Origin: Octopus vulgaris
Lineage: Eukaryota
NCBI GenBank assembly: GCA_951406725.2
Contig: OX597815.1
Span: forward strand, 142,848,001-142,912,000
Direction: 5' to 3'
Length of the DNA: 64,000 bases
In this document: piece after piece, positions 40,040 through 51,931 of the stretch
Numbering within the stretch: position 1 is the first letter of the stretch
How the letters are laid out: each line of letters opens with the position of its first letter
Notes under the pieces: model-generated
Database searches by the model: none
The model's input: only the letters and a program-made list of their open reading frames with translations
What the model was told of the DNA's origin: nothing
Made by a program: the position numbers and the translations under genes

Positions 40040-40425
40040 AGAAGAAAATGGATATTTTAAAGTTAATAAGAGATCATTTTCGGCAACAACTCAATCATTA
40101 TTTCTTACAGCTGTTTCAAGTATACACGGTGAAGTTAATTAGATATTGAATTGATATTTCTGAGCATAATCTGTTCAGATGGGAAAATATTCTCTTAGAT
40201 GTTGTTTTGTTTTTTTTGTAGATTCATGCTGCGATGAATCTACAAACAAAAATACATAACATCTTAAGGCTATATTTTTTTCCCTCTAAAGGAATTATAT
40301 GCTCAGATATATGAATTTAATATTCAGTTGATTTCACAGTGTATATTCGAAACAGCTGTAAGGGACAAAGATCGATTTGTTGTTGGTAATAAATTCTTAT
40401 TAACTTTAAAAACTCCATTTTCTTT
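40040..40425. mobile_element. Foldback with ~130 bp diverged inverted arms containing GAAAcagctgTA hammerhead-like boxes
   Basis: agaaaatgga..ttttaaagttaataaga..cttacagctgtttc vs gaaacagctgtaag..tcttattaactttaaaa..tccattttct. Confidence 0.7.
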
Positions 40426-40740
40426 TTCCCTTTGCATGAATATAAACTACAATCTATATACAAACCTATTATGTTAAGGAAATTAATCCCCCACAAAATA
40501 TTAAGTAATAAATTAATATTTCCTTAGATGCCCCCTCACTACACACACACACACACACAGACGTATATACATATATATATATATATATTGAGCGTGAAAA
40601 GTTAGATATTTATTTAATTAACATCGATTTTATACCAGTGGTCTAGCATATAAAAAAACTGAAGGTTCAGTAAAATTGTATTATATACATATTAGAGGGA
40701 AACAACTATGTGGACACCTTTTTGCTAGAAATAGATCCAC

Positions 40741-40800
<60 letters not shown>

Positions 40801-41483
40801 AAGTAGACCAATGGGGAGAATCGCTCGGCTTATCACAATCACCAGGTTATTGGATGTCTTTAACGGACGACATGATATTACTAGTGTCCTGACAGGTCTC
40901 TCCTTTAAGGATATTTTTCTCTGCCTTTTCAACAGTTTCAGACGCCATAAAAAGTATCATGGCATTGACCATTCTTTTGGCCAGGTGATAATTATATGTA
41001 CAAATATGCATGTATACCGGCATTAACAGGGTTCGAACTCATAATGGATACTTTGAAGAATCGATGATATTTAAATGCAGCTCTTTAGATCGATTAAGCC
41101 AAGCACTTCCAGTTGTTTTATTTAAGCTAAATAAAGAAAACACTTTCTACGCAGCTATCGTGAATTCAGTAATATTTGTGTTAACTATAAATGTCACAGT
41201 AAAAAAAAAGTTGTCTGTAGCAAATTATATTTGTTGTAAAAGCTGAGAGATACTACACAAGAATTTATAGAACTCATTAACCAGACATGTTCACACTTAT
41301 ACGCTCACACATAAACATATTCCACACACATACACGCACGCACACACACACACACACACATACACACATATAAACACACATATGAAGTGGGATATACGTG
41401 CTTGCTCGATGGAAACTTACTTGCATATACGGAGAAACGAAAAACACAACAAAACACATACATATATACATACATACACATAC

Positions 41484-41546
<63 letters not shown>

Positions 41547-41919
41547 TATATATACATACGAATGATATGATATAAGATACGTGCTTATACATATGTATTT
41601 TGTATGTGTGTGTGTGTCTGTGAGCGTGTTGATTGGTGTATAAATACAGACATATATACATTATGCATGCATATATGTAGATACGCACCTACCCGCATAT
41701 GTATGAATGTATGTATGTCTATGCTTCTGTGACGGTGTCTATATGAGTTGCGATATCAAATAATGTGGCTATACTAACGAGCGTGTCTCTGCCTAAGTGA
41801 ATGAAATTGTGTATATGAGTGTATATACACACCACGGTTATGGACAAATCCATAAACGCAAATGCATATAAACACGGAAGTCATTTATTATTGTACAGAA
41901 GCATACACACACATGCATC

Positions 41920-41921
41920 TG

Positions 41922-41991
<70 letters not shown>

Positions 41992-42308
41992 GGTATATAT
42001 ACATATATATATATACATATATATACACATATATATATATACACATATATATATATATATACACATACATATATACATATATACATACATACATATATAC
42101 ATATATACATACATATACATACATATATATATATATATACATATATACATACACATATATATATATATGTATATATATATACACATATATATACATACAT
42201 ATATACATACATATATATATATATATACGTATATACATACATACATATACATATATATATACACATATATATATACATACATATATATATATACGTATAT
42301 ACATACAT

Positions 42309-42349
<41 letters not shown>

Positions 42350-42422
42350 CGTATATACATACATACATATATACACATATATATATACATACATATATAC
42401 ATACATATATATATATACGTAT

Positions 42423-42460
<38 letters not shown>

Positions 42461-42565
42461 GTATATACATACATACATATACATATATATATATATATAT
42501 ATATACGTATATACATACATACATATACATATATATATATATACATACACATATGTGCGTATATA
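41920..42565. repeat. (TA)n/(TACA)n compound microsatellite
   Basis: Directly visible. Confidence 0.95.
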
Positions 42566-43029
42566 TTTTGTTCTGTATTTGCGTTTCTACATTGTGCGTG
42601 CGAACCTTTGTTTACACTCTGGTAGTTTTGTATTTATATAGTTGATCATATATAACGCCATATATATCCACCATATAAGGAAAGATCTACTACCAATTAT
42701 AGTAGATTGTCTTGCATCTATTCAATTAATTCTTCTGAAAGAATTAGTTTTGAAAGAGTCTTGTCTTGTTTATACCAAACAATTACAGTGCTTGGCAGCT
42801 GCTATAATCGGACATTTATTGTTGCTATTTCCAGATTCTTCTATTGCGGTGCAAGCCATGAAGATTTACTATCGTCTTATTGTTCAACGCCAACCAAACA
42901 GTTGTATTTTTAGACAAGCTTTAGCAAAAAGTTTCAATTTTGCTCTACTTTCTTCCATTTCATATTGATTCGATTTGGATGGTGTATGTAAGTATCTGGT
43001 GTTCGTATGTGCATATACATATATAAGTG

Positions 43030-43115
<86 letters not shown>

Positions 43116-43904
43116 TACAGAAATATATATATATATACTCAGACACACAAAGTTAACAGTGTTTTTATATAAGTATCAATCGTTATGCATTTCTCTGTAT
43201 GTACAACTGAACCTATGTATGTATGTGTGCATATATGTATGTATTCTGTGTATGCATGTATGCTTTATATGCATTTTTATGTATGTATGTTGTTTACGTA
43301 TATATGTACACACTTATTCATAATAGCATAATACAATTATAGATCGGGAACTTAATGAATTGAAAATCTGAGACACAAGACTTGGAAACTTCTTAAAGAA
43401 TTTCACAGCCACCGTTAGTAAGCTGATACAGATATACAGGGTTGGCCAAAAGTTACGCACTATATAAGATTAAAACGCTCAGAGGTTGTCAAAGGAATGA
43501 TTCAATTTTTCTAAAATTGAATAAAATAAAAAAAAATAAAGATGATGAGCAACATAATAGAAATAATAACATGATATAGGTAAAACATCAAATCTTCTTT
43601 TGGTCTTCCCTGTATTTTACGCACCTAAAATTCATGTGGATCAAGGTATGATAAAGAACTTCTACCAAATAACAACAGTAGGATTAAAAACTACTGAGTT
43701 TCAAGCAAAGTGTATCTGATAAGACAGAATAAGAAAACTGAAAGAATGAATGAAAGTAAGACAAAAGAATAAATGATAATGGATTTCCAAAAAATTGGTG
43801 AGATGGTGAAGTATGGATAAAAAAACTACTTTATGAACATTATCCAGCATGACTCATCAGAGAGAAATAAACCAGAGTAAAAACCAACACTCGCTCAAAG
43901 GATC

Positions 43905-44572
43905 AGGTATTGTTTTAGTTTTGCTGTTCCACATTTTACCAATTTTTATTTCAAGATCTTTATACTTGCTAAGTTTTTGATAGAATTTGACAGGGGCATT
44001 TATATCGATTGGGACAGTCATATCAATGAGGGATCATGGTTTTTATCTGAAGTCTTTCAATATAATGTCTGGCCTATTCGCATTCATCTTTCTGTCATTT
44101 TGAATGGTGAAGATCCAGTGGAGTGAGATGTGATGATTTTCAAGCACAGGGGGTATTTTGTGTTCCCCACCAGTTTTATCACGGGGCAGGTCCAGGTTTT
44201 TGCAAATTACCCAGTGAATATATTGTGCTGTTTTATTAAGATGTTGAGATACTCTATAGGAGCAAAAGACTGCACACGGAGACAACATGATCAATGGTTT
44301 CATTTTCTTGTTGACATACACGACATGTTGGGCTACTGCCGTTCTTTGGAATTCACTTAGATATTCCTTTGCCTCTTTTGTTACGGAATGTGATGCTTCC
44401 TTGTATTCATGCTTTAAGATATGTTTTAACATCCAGTCATCAAAGTTTTTCAGGTGACTGTCTACGCCATTTGTGGCAAACCTCATTGTTAATTCCAGTT
44501 GTAAAAGTCCACGGACTCCCTCGTTTCTTGGCAGATAAATTCGTTCTATATCAGCCTTCGGGTGGTACATTA
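43905..44572 (-). mobile_element. R4/Dong-like RLE retrotransposon C-terminal fragment
   Basis: HPKADIERIYLPRNEGVRGL; IHWVICK; NRPDIILKD; downstream IDMTVP..KLSKYKDL..KMW (restriction-like endonuclease region). Confidence 0.85.
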
Positions 44573-44616
44573 TTATTATGATTATAATTATAATTATTAT
44601 TATTATGATTATTATG

Positions 44617-44708
<92 letters not shown>

Positions 44709-44740
44709 CAGCAGCAGCAGCAGCAGTAGCAGTAGTAGTA
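44570..44740. repeat. (ATT)n(AGT)n(AGC)n trinucleotide microsatellite
   Basis: Directly visible. Confidence 0.95.
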
Positions 44741-44940
44741 CCTCTACCTTAGCGAAGGTGGAGGTATCGTTTCAGTCGTATTTGTTTGTTTGAGTGTTTG
44801 TTTCTCCGTGGACAAGATATCTCAAGAACCGCTGGATGAATTCGGATGGAACTTTCAGGGATGTTTGGTCCTGTGACTAGCACGAACCGATTATATTTTG
44901 GGATCGATCCGGTATCGGAGAAGAATTCTGGATTAGTTGT
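44739..44940 (+). mobile_element. Helentron/HINE-type non-autonomous element 5' part
   Basis: 5' hairpin tacctctacctt-agcg-aaggtggaggta, (GTTT)n tract, then atatctcaagaaccgctggatgaattcggatggaactt..gattatattttggga, an arrangement typical of HINE/DINE-like elements. Confidence 0.55.
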
Positions 44941-45319
44941 TATATTTACTTTACATGCAGTATTACGATCTTACGTTGACTTTCAAGTCTTTCTCTGATT
45001 ATCACCCCAGAAAGCACGCTCATGGTTTCCACGTAATTTATGGTGGCATTGCTGTACCTAAAGTTTTATTTTCGCTTCTCTATTATTGATTTTTACTCAC
45101 ATCTCTATCTTAGTAGAAACTGATGGATAAAGAAATCAAACTATATAAACAAACGGCAGCAAAACCGTTCAGAAATTAAATAACACTATAATATTCAGTA
45201 ACACTGATATATTTAATATATTCTCGACAGGTTTTAGTTTTACCAATTTTAAATATATGGCTCCTGTTTAAAACCACTTACCTACTTGACAATTGTATTT
45301 CTAGTTCTGCCTTGAAGGA

Positions 45320-45500
45320 CGCTTTACGTCTTGGACTCTCGTTTTTGTGCGCAACGATGTTGATAAACCTCCGTTAACAGCACCGTACGCAGGTCTTTCC
45401 GTTTTTTTTTCACGCACGGATAAATTTTCCACTATAGATTTTAATGGTCGTAAAGACACTATATCAGTACATAAACTAAAAAATAAGACCTTCATAGAGA
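45320..45500 (+). mobile_element. Ty3/Gypsy integrase C-terminal (GPY/F) fragment
   Basis: VFVRNDVDKPPLTAPYAGLSVFFSRTDKFSTIDFNGRKDTISVHKLK. Confidence 0.75.
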
Positions 45501-45729
45501 AAACTGTCTCTGTTCCCATTGCAGATGACACACACACAGCATTACAAACACGGCCCGTACACCCACATTCAATGAGGACCATTGGGATCGATTAGGTAGC
45601 GGACAAGGTTTTTTTTTTACATAATTTTTGAGAGAGATCGGGTTCATTTTTAATATTCTCGTTTGTGAGAACAGTCAAGTTTATTTCAGATATTCTCATT
45701 TTAAAAATCATCCCTGGTTAGTCAGTGAG

Positions 45730-47545
45730 AGGACGTTGGTGTTGTATTCGGCTAATCGTTTAAAGAATGTCGGCGTTGTCGTCAGTGTTGTTTTTCGAAT
45801 CATTTGATTCGGAGCTGTGTTAGCAGTGTGTTCGCTCCATGGGATTTTTGTTGTATTGTATTGTTAATTTACTGAATTTTTGAACTGTTATTAACTGGAA
45901 TTGTTGAAATTTTTGTTGTTAACTGGCTTTTATTTTTCTTCCTCATTTATGGTTGAAGTTATGAATAATATCGTCATGGAAAGTAAACCAGCGGGCAGTT
46001 ACGCTGCGGTGGCTAACAAAGGCCTATCAGTAGAAGTACTGCAGGTTCAAGAAATCGAATTAAAGGAGAAGAATTTTTTAAAATATAACGGTTGGCTAAA
46101 GAAAGAGAGGAGCAACCTGAGGTTGACGCCCCCTAAAGAAATACTTGAAAAAACTAAAAAAAGGATAATGTTTTATAGAAAGTTGAATGTAGCAACGCAA
46201 AAGTTGAAGTGGGGGAGGCTGTAGAGGAATGTCTACAAAAGATAGTTGACATAACGACATATTACACGAGAGGAAAGAAATACAGGACAGTGGAAGTACG
46301 CTTCGTAAACGAAGAAGAAGCGAGGAAATACTCCACTGTGTATTTGAGATCAGCCGAGTGGGCACTGCTACCTACTTACTGAGGCAAACGTGCGACAAGA
46401 ATAAGAATAGGTAGAGTGCCCCCAGAAATTGATGAGGCGTTGCTGGTGGAACCCATCCTCTATAACACAGAGGAAGGCACTCAGGTATTGAAGATATCAA
46501 GAACGACGGAAAGGAACTGCTGGGGATATGGACTGGCGGTGTCGGTCCATATCAGCCTGCCGGACCTCAACAAAATTGTGGAAGAGCTGGTGCTACCAGA
46601 TGAGACAAGGTTGAGAATCGTGGTGCAAGGGAAACCTCCGGTATGTTATTTATGTGGAGTAAGGGGACACATGAAAGCAAAGTGTCCCCCAGAAACACGA
46701 ACAGGAGGAGGCGGAGAAGGAGCGTCAGGAAGAAGAGGATGCAACAGCGGTTGACGAGGAAATGGTTGGAAAATATACAATGGCAGAAAGAAAGAGGAGT
46801 ATTGGAGAATCTCCACCTAAAAGCCCGAAGAAGAAAAGAAAGGCAGAGAAGAACAAGAATGGGAAAAGAAGGAATGAGGAGACAAGTGAGGAACGAACAC
46901 AAAGACCGTTGCCTTCACCTAGTAAGGAGGGGGAAGGACGGAAGAAGAAGAGACATGAAAGTGAGAAGGAAGGACAAACAGAGACGGGAATACCAGCAAC
47001 AGAGGAAGAGAGTGGTGAGGAAAAGCAAAGAGAGCCACAGAAGAGCAAATACGAAAGTACTATTATAAGTTACAAAAATGTGTAGAGATAGGAAAGAAAA
47101 TATCGAAAATGAAACATGTAATAAGGGTTAAAAGTGGCTGACAGTGAGCACAATCGAGATGAGAAAGCGGCGCTGTTGGAGGAAGAAAGAGCAAGAAGGT
47201 TGCAGGAAATATTTGGTGATAGAATAGTGATAACAAGAAATCGATTTCGTTACGATGAATTGCCACCATGGATAATATTTGACGAAACATATGGTGTGAC
47301 TTTGTGTAGCTTTTTAAACAAAAGGAAATCTAACAAGATACAAGACTGATAAGTAGGCACTTTATTCAAAAACAGTAAAATGAAACTATTTGCTTATGGG
47401 GGGGGGGCAAGTAAGTCATTCCATCTTCATTTTCATTTATATTCATAATTCATTCGTTATATGTTTTTATGTACGCCAATGTATTGTTTTGTCTGTCTTT
47501 TGTGCTGTCCCTTCTCTATGAGGCCTTGTGCCTAATTAAAGAAAT
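45730..47545 (+). mobile_element. Gag/ORF1-only unit 1 (subfamily A), frameshifted
   Basis: TTG-rich leader; ATG 45949; SYAAVA; knuckle CYLCGVRGHMKAKC at 46644-46685; K/E-rich tail; stop ~47349; 3' UTR ending aaagaaat. Confidence 0.8.
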
Positions 47546-48640
47546 CAGGACATTGGTTTTGTTGTTAGTGTCGTATCGAGTCATCTGTTGTTGAAGAAGT
47601 ATGATATTTTGTTGTATTCTTTGAACACCTTGGTTTTTACTGTCTTGAGAGTTGAGAATTGTTGTGAAGTACGTGAATTTATTGTTGAACTTTGTTGAAT
47701 CATTGTTATCGCGCGTGTAGTTTGCTGCTATTTTTGGTGATCTTAAAGTAGCCGTGTTATGGCGAGTTACGCAAAGGCCGCTGCGGCAAAGGCGACACCG
47801 CAAATGGAAGTGTCAGCAATAACGGTTAATATGGAGGAGGTGAGGAAGAATGAGAAACTGATGAAAAAGGAAGGAGACACCATCAAGTTAGTGTCTCCGC
47901 AAAAGACAATGAAGGAGAAGGAGGAGAAGACGGTGATGTGCCGCACGCTGGCGGTCGCCATCAATAAAATTGACAAACTGCGGATGAGGATATTGAGGAG
48001 TGTTTGGCCGACATAGTAGAAGAAACAGAGTTCATTGGCAGAAGTAGAAAATTCGGTACTTTGGAGGTAAGGTTTGCTACCAAGTAAGAAGCGGCTTCGC
48101 ATGCCACCAACATCTTGAAGACGAACCAAGGTATGTTGTTTCCCTCTCACAAGGGAAGTAGAAGTGTGAGAGTGAGAATCCCGAGAGTGCCACCAGAAAT
48201 CAAGACCAAGTGGTTGGTTGCAGCAGTTTTGGCGGCAACCGAAGACGGCCCTGAACTGGGTCAAGTAGGAGTGACAAACAAAAACAGCTAGTGGGGATTC
48301 GGCGTCAAAGACATTGCGCAAATCCCCTACCAGATTGAGATTGAAGGAGGAAGGCTAGGTGTAGTAGTAGATGGAAGACGGCCCAATTGCTACATTTGTG
48401 GAGCACAGGGCTATATGAAGGCTCAATGCCCCTTGGCGGAATTTATGCTATATGAGAAAGAGGAGGAACAAGAGTAAGAAAAGAAAAAAGATAGACGTGA
48501 TAGTGAGCGAGTCAGCAACATAAAGAAAAGGAATGAAGTGAAAGAGGGGAGTCATGATTTTATCAGCCCCAAAAGGAAGAAGGCAAAAGCAAGAAAAAGT
48601 CTATGGAAACTAAGAAGGAGACACAGAAAGGTGAGGAGGA
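47546..48640 (+). mobile_element. Unit 2 (subfamily B), 3'-truncated
   Basis: ATG 47759 MASYAKAAAA; VPPEIKTKWLVAAV; knuckle CYICGAQGYMKAQC at 48388-48429. Confidence 0.78.
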
Positions 48641-49904
48641 ATTTAAATCCTAAGGAAGTCATAGAAAAAACAGAGAGAAGTACCATGATATTTAGAAAGC
48701 TAAATATTGCAACAAAAAGTGAAAATAGCAGCAGTGGAGGCGGTTGAGGAGTGTTTGAGAGGGATTAAAGATTCAACGACGTACTACACCAGAGGAAATA
48801 AGTACGGCACAGTGGAGGTGCACTTCGCGGGTAGGGAAGAAGCGAGAAAGTACTCCATTTTGCCTTTGAGATCGGTGAAGTGAGCGCTACTACCGACTTA
48901 CTGTGGCAAACGTGCGGCCAGTGTAAGAATAGGTAGAGTGCCTCCAGAAATTGATGAGGCGCAGCTGATGGCAGCCATCCTCTATAATACAGAGGAGGAC
49001 ACCCAAATATTGAAAATGAGGATTTGGACTGGAGGTATTAGTTCATATAAGCTTGCCAGTCCTCCACAAGATTGCGGAAGAACTGATACTGCCAGTCGAA
49101 ACAAAGTTGAGAATAGTGGTGGAAGGAAGACCACCTGTATGCTTTCTGTGTGGAGTAAGGGGACACATGAAAGCTAAGTGCCCCCAGAAACACGAAGATA
49201 AAGAGACAGAGAAGGAATATCAGGAAGAAGAGCGTGCAACCGTTGAGGAGGAACAAATGGAAGAACAGTACACTGTGATACAAAGGAGGAAAAGTAATAC
49301 AGACTCACCACCAAAAAGTCCTAGGAAGAAAAGAAAGGCAAGTGGAGAGGAGACGCAGAGTTAAAAAGAAGAGAATACGAATGTGATGAGAAAAAAATGA
49401 AAGGTCAACAAAAGTGAGGAACGAACGCAGAGACCATCAACTAGCAAGAAGTATATAGTACAGAAGACAAAGGAAAATGAAAGAGAGATGATAGCAACAC
49501 AGAATGAGATAGAAATGCTAGCAACAGAGGAGGGGATTGGTGAGGAGAGAAGAAAAAGAGTAAAATGGAACTGCCGGATCTTTACTAAAAGATGGACAGA
49601 ATTTCAACTCAACTAAATAATTTAAAACTTCGTATACTGGTAGAATGTGTCAAAAGAAAATATTAATTTCAATTAGTTTTTTTGAGAAAATTGCATTTTG
49701 TAACTTTTACGTAGTTTAATTCTTCGAATTTTAACCAATGAAATCCGGAACTACCTGCTTATGGGGGGGGTAAGCTATTCCATCCTCATTTTTTATTATA
49801 TCCATAATTCATTCGATACGTGTTTTTATGTACCCCATTGTACTGTTTTGACTGTTTCTGTGTTGTCCCTACTTTATAGAAACCTTGTACCTAATAAAAG
49901 AAAT
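48641..49904 (+). mobile_element. Unit 3 (subfamily A), 5'-truncated
   Basis: PKEVIEKTERSTMIFRKLNIAT; knuckle CFLCGVRGHMKAKC at 49140-49181; unrelated AT-rich insert ~49562-49748; tail ending aaagaaat. Confidence 0.78.
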
Positions 49905-51628
49905 CAGGACGGTTGTGTTGTCCTTAATGTTGTGCCGAGTCATTTTACTCCCTGTTTTAGTTGATGTGTATTCGCTCCACGTGAGTCTGTTAATGTTACA
50001 TTGTTATTGTTAAAGTGATATATTACTGAATTGTTGCTCGAATTTTAATTTTTCTTCCCCATTTATGGGTGAAGTTGTAGATAATGTTATCGAAAGAAAA
50101 CAAGTACTAGCAGGCAGTCACGGTGCAGTAACTGGCAAGAGTTTAACAGCATATATACTACAAGTTAGAGAAATTGAACTAAACGAAACTAATTTCAAAA
50201 GGTATAACGAATTTGTGAGAAAGGAAGGAGACAGACTGAGGCTGACTCCGCCTAAAGAAGTCGTAGAAAATAAACAGAGAAAAAACAAACAATAATATAT
50301 AGAACGTTGTCCCTTACAACAATAAAAGTGGAAATAGCAGGAATGGAGGCGGTTGCAGAATGCTTAAAAGAAGTTTAAGAGCTAACAACATTTTACACCA
50401 GAGAAAAGTAATATAGCACAGTGGAGGTACGCTTCGTGAGTGAGGAAGAAACGATAAAACACTCCACTGTGCCTTTGAGATCAACTGAGGGGCTGCTACT
50501 ACCAATCTACTGTGACAAACGTGCGGCCAGAGTAAGGATTGTAGAGTGCCCCCAGAAATTACGTGGCGTGGCCATTCTTTATAACACAGAGAACTACGGA
50601 GGTGAACTGAGTGGGTATGTACCGGAGGTATCGGTTCATATAAGCTTATAAGACCTCCGCAAAATTGCAGAAGAATTGATACTACCGGACGAGACGAGGT
50701 TGAGAATTGTGGTGGGAGGAAGACCTCCTGTATGCTATCTGTAAGCCATGTGTCCCCAGAAACACGAAGAGGAGGAGATAGAGAAGGGACATCAAGAAGA
50801 ATAGGGGTTTAACCGTAGAGGAGGAAAAATGGAAGAGCAGTATACAGTGGTAAAGAGGAAAGAAATAACACAAACTCACCACCAAAGAGTCTTAGGAAGA
50901 AAAGAAAGGCAAGTGGAGAGGAGATGCAGAGTGGAAAACATGAAAAAACGAACGAGCAGAAAAAAAAAATGAAAGGTCAAGCAAGCAGGAGAGAGTACAG
51001 AAGAAAAAAAAAGGAAAATGAAAGAGAGAATGAGGCATACAGAGATAGGAATACCAGTAACAGAAGAAGAGATTGGTGAAAGAAAACAAAGAGTGACATC
51101 AAAAGGGAAAAATCTAAGACATATGATATAATACAGAAAAAGTGAAGAGATAGAAAAAAAGATTGCAAAGATAAAGAACGTAATTAGAATTAAATTGGCG
51201 CCCAAGGAGTACAATGAAGGTATGAAAGCTATCCTGCTGGAAAGAGAAAGATTAGAAAGAGGAGTTGTTTGGGGAAAGAATAGATGTGACAATATACAGT
51301 TTCGTTACGATGAGTTGCCGCCGGTGGTGGCATTCGAAAATATATTGGAATATATGGTGTAATTAGTGACTTTGCTTTCTTAGAAAAAAAAGGAAAACCA
51401 ACAAATGCAAGACAGGATATTGGACTGTTAAGTAAAACTTAATTTAAAAACAGTAAAGTGAAACTACCTGCTTATGGGGGGGGGGGGGGGGGCAGGTAAG
51501 TTATTCCATCCTCATTTTTCATTGTACCCATATTTCATTCGATATGTTTTTATGCACCCCATTGTATTGTTTTGTCTGTTTTTTTGTTGTCCCATCTTTA
51601 TCGAGGCCTTGCACCTAATAAAAGAAAT
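49905..51628 (+). mobile_element. Unit 4 (subfamily A)
   Basis: ATG 50065; homologous to unit 1 throughout; 21 nt deletion inside the knuckle (~50742) creates TAA. Confidence 0.8.
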
Positions 51629-51931
51629 CAGGATATTGCTGTCGTCTCAGAGATGAAACTGGATAGGAATGGAATGCTAGGCTTAGTGACTTTTGAGGAA
51701 ATGTTGAAAGAACACGGGATAGATATTTTGTAGGGAACAGGATATAAAAGGAATTAAAGGTATAGATGAAAGCTGCTCAGAGGTGGGACCGAGTGGCTTC
51801 ATTACATTTTTCATTTTCATCTTGTCATTACATGTTTTTTATACGTTCTCTTATTTTGTCCCTGCTTTGTGTCTCCACATGTGATGTATTGTCCCCTCTG
51901 TGTTCGCCACTTGGTGGGTAACAGAAAGATT
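51629..51931 (+). mobile_element. Unit 5 remnant (short leader fused to a 3' end)
   Basis: caggatattgctgtcg start; ends ttgtcccctctgtgtt..tgggtaacagaaagatt. Confidence 0.55.

Noticed and set aside
43435-43465. tacagggttggccaaaagt, a Tc1-like TIR start
   Set aside because: No matching opposite end or transposase sequence found.
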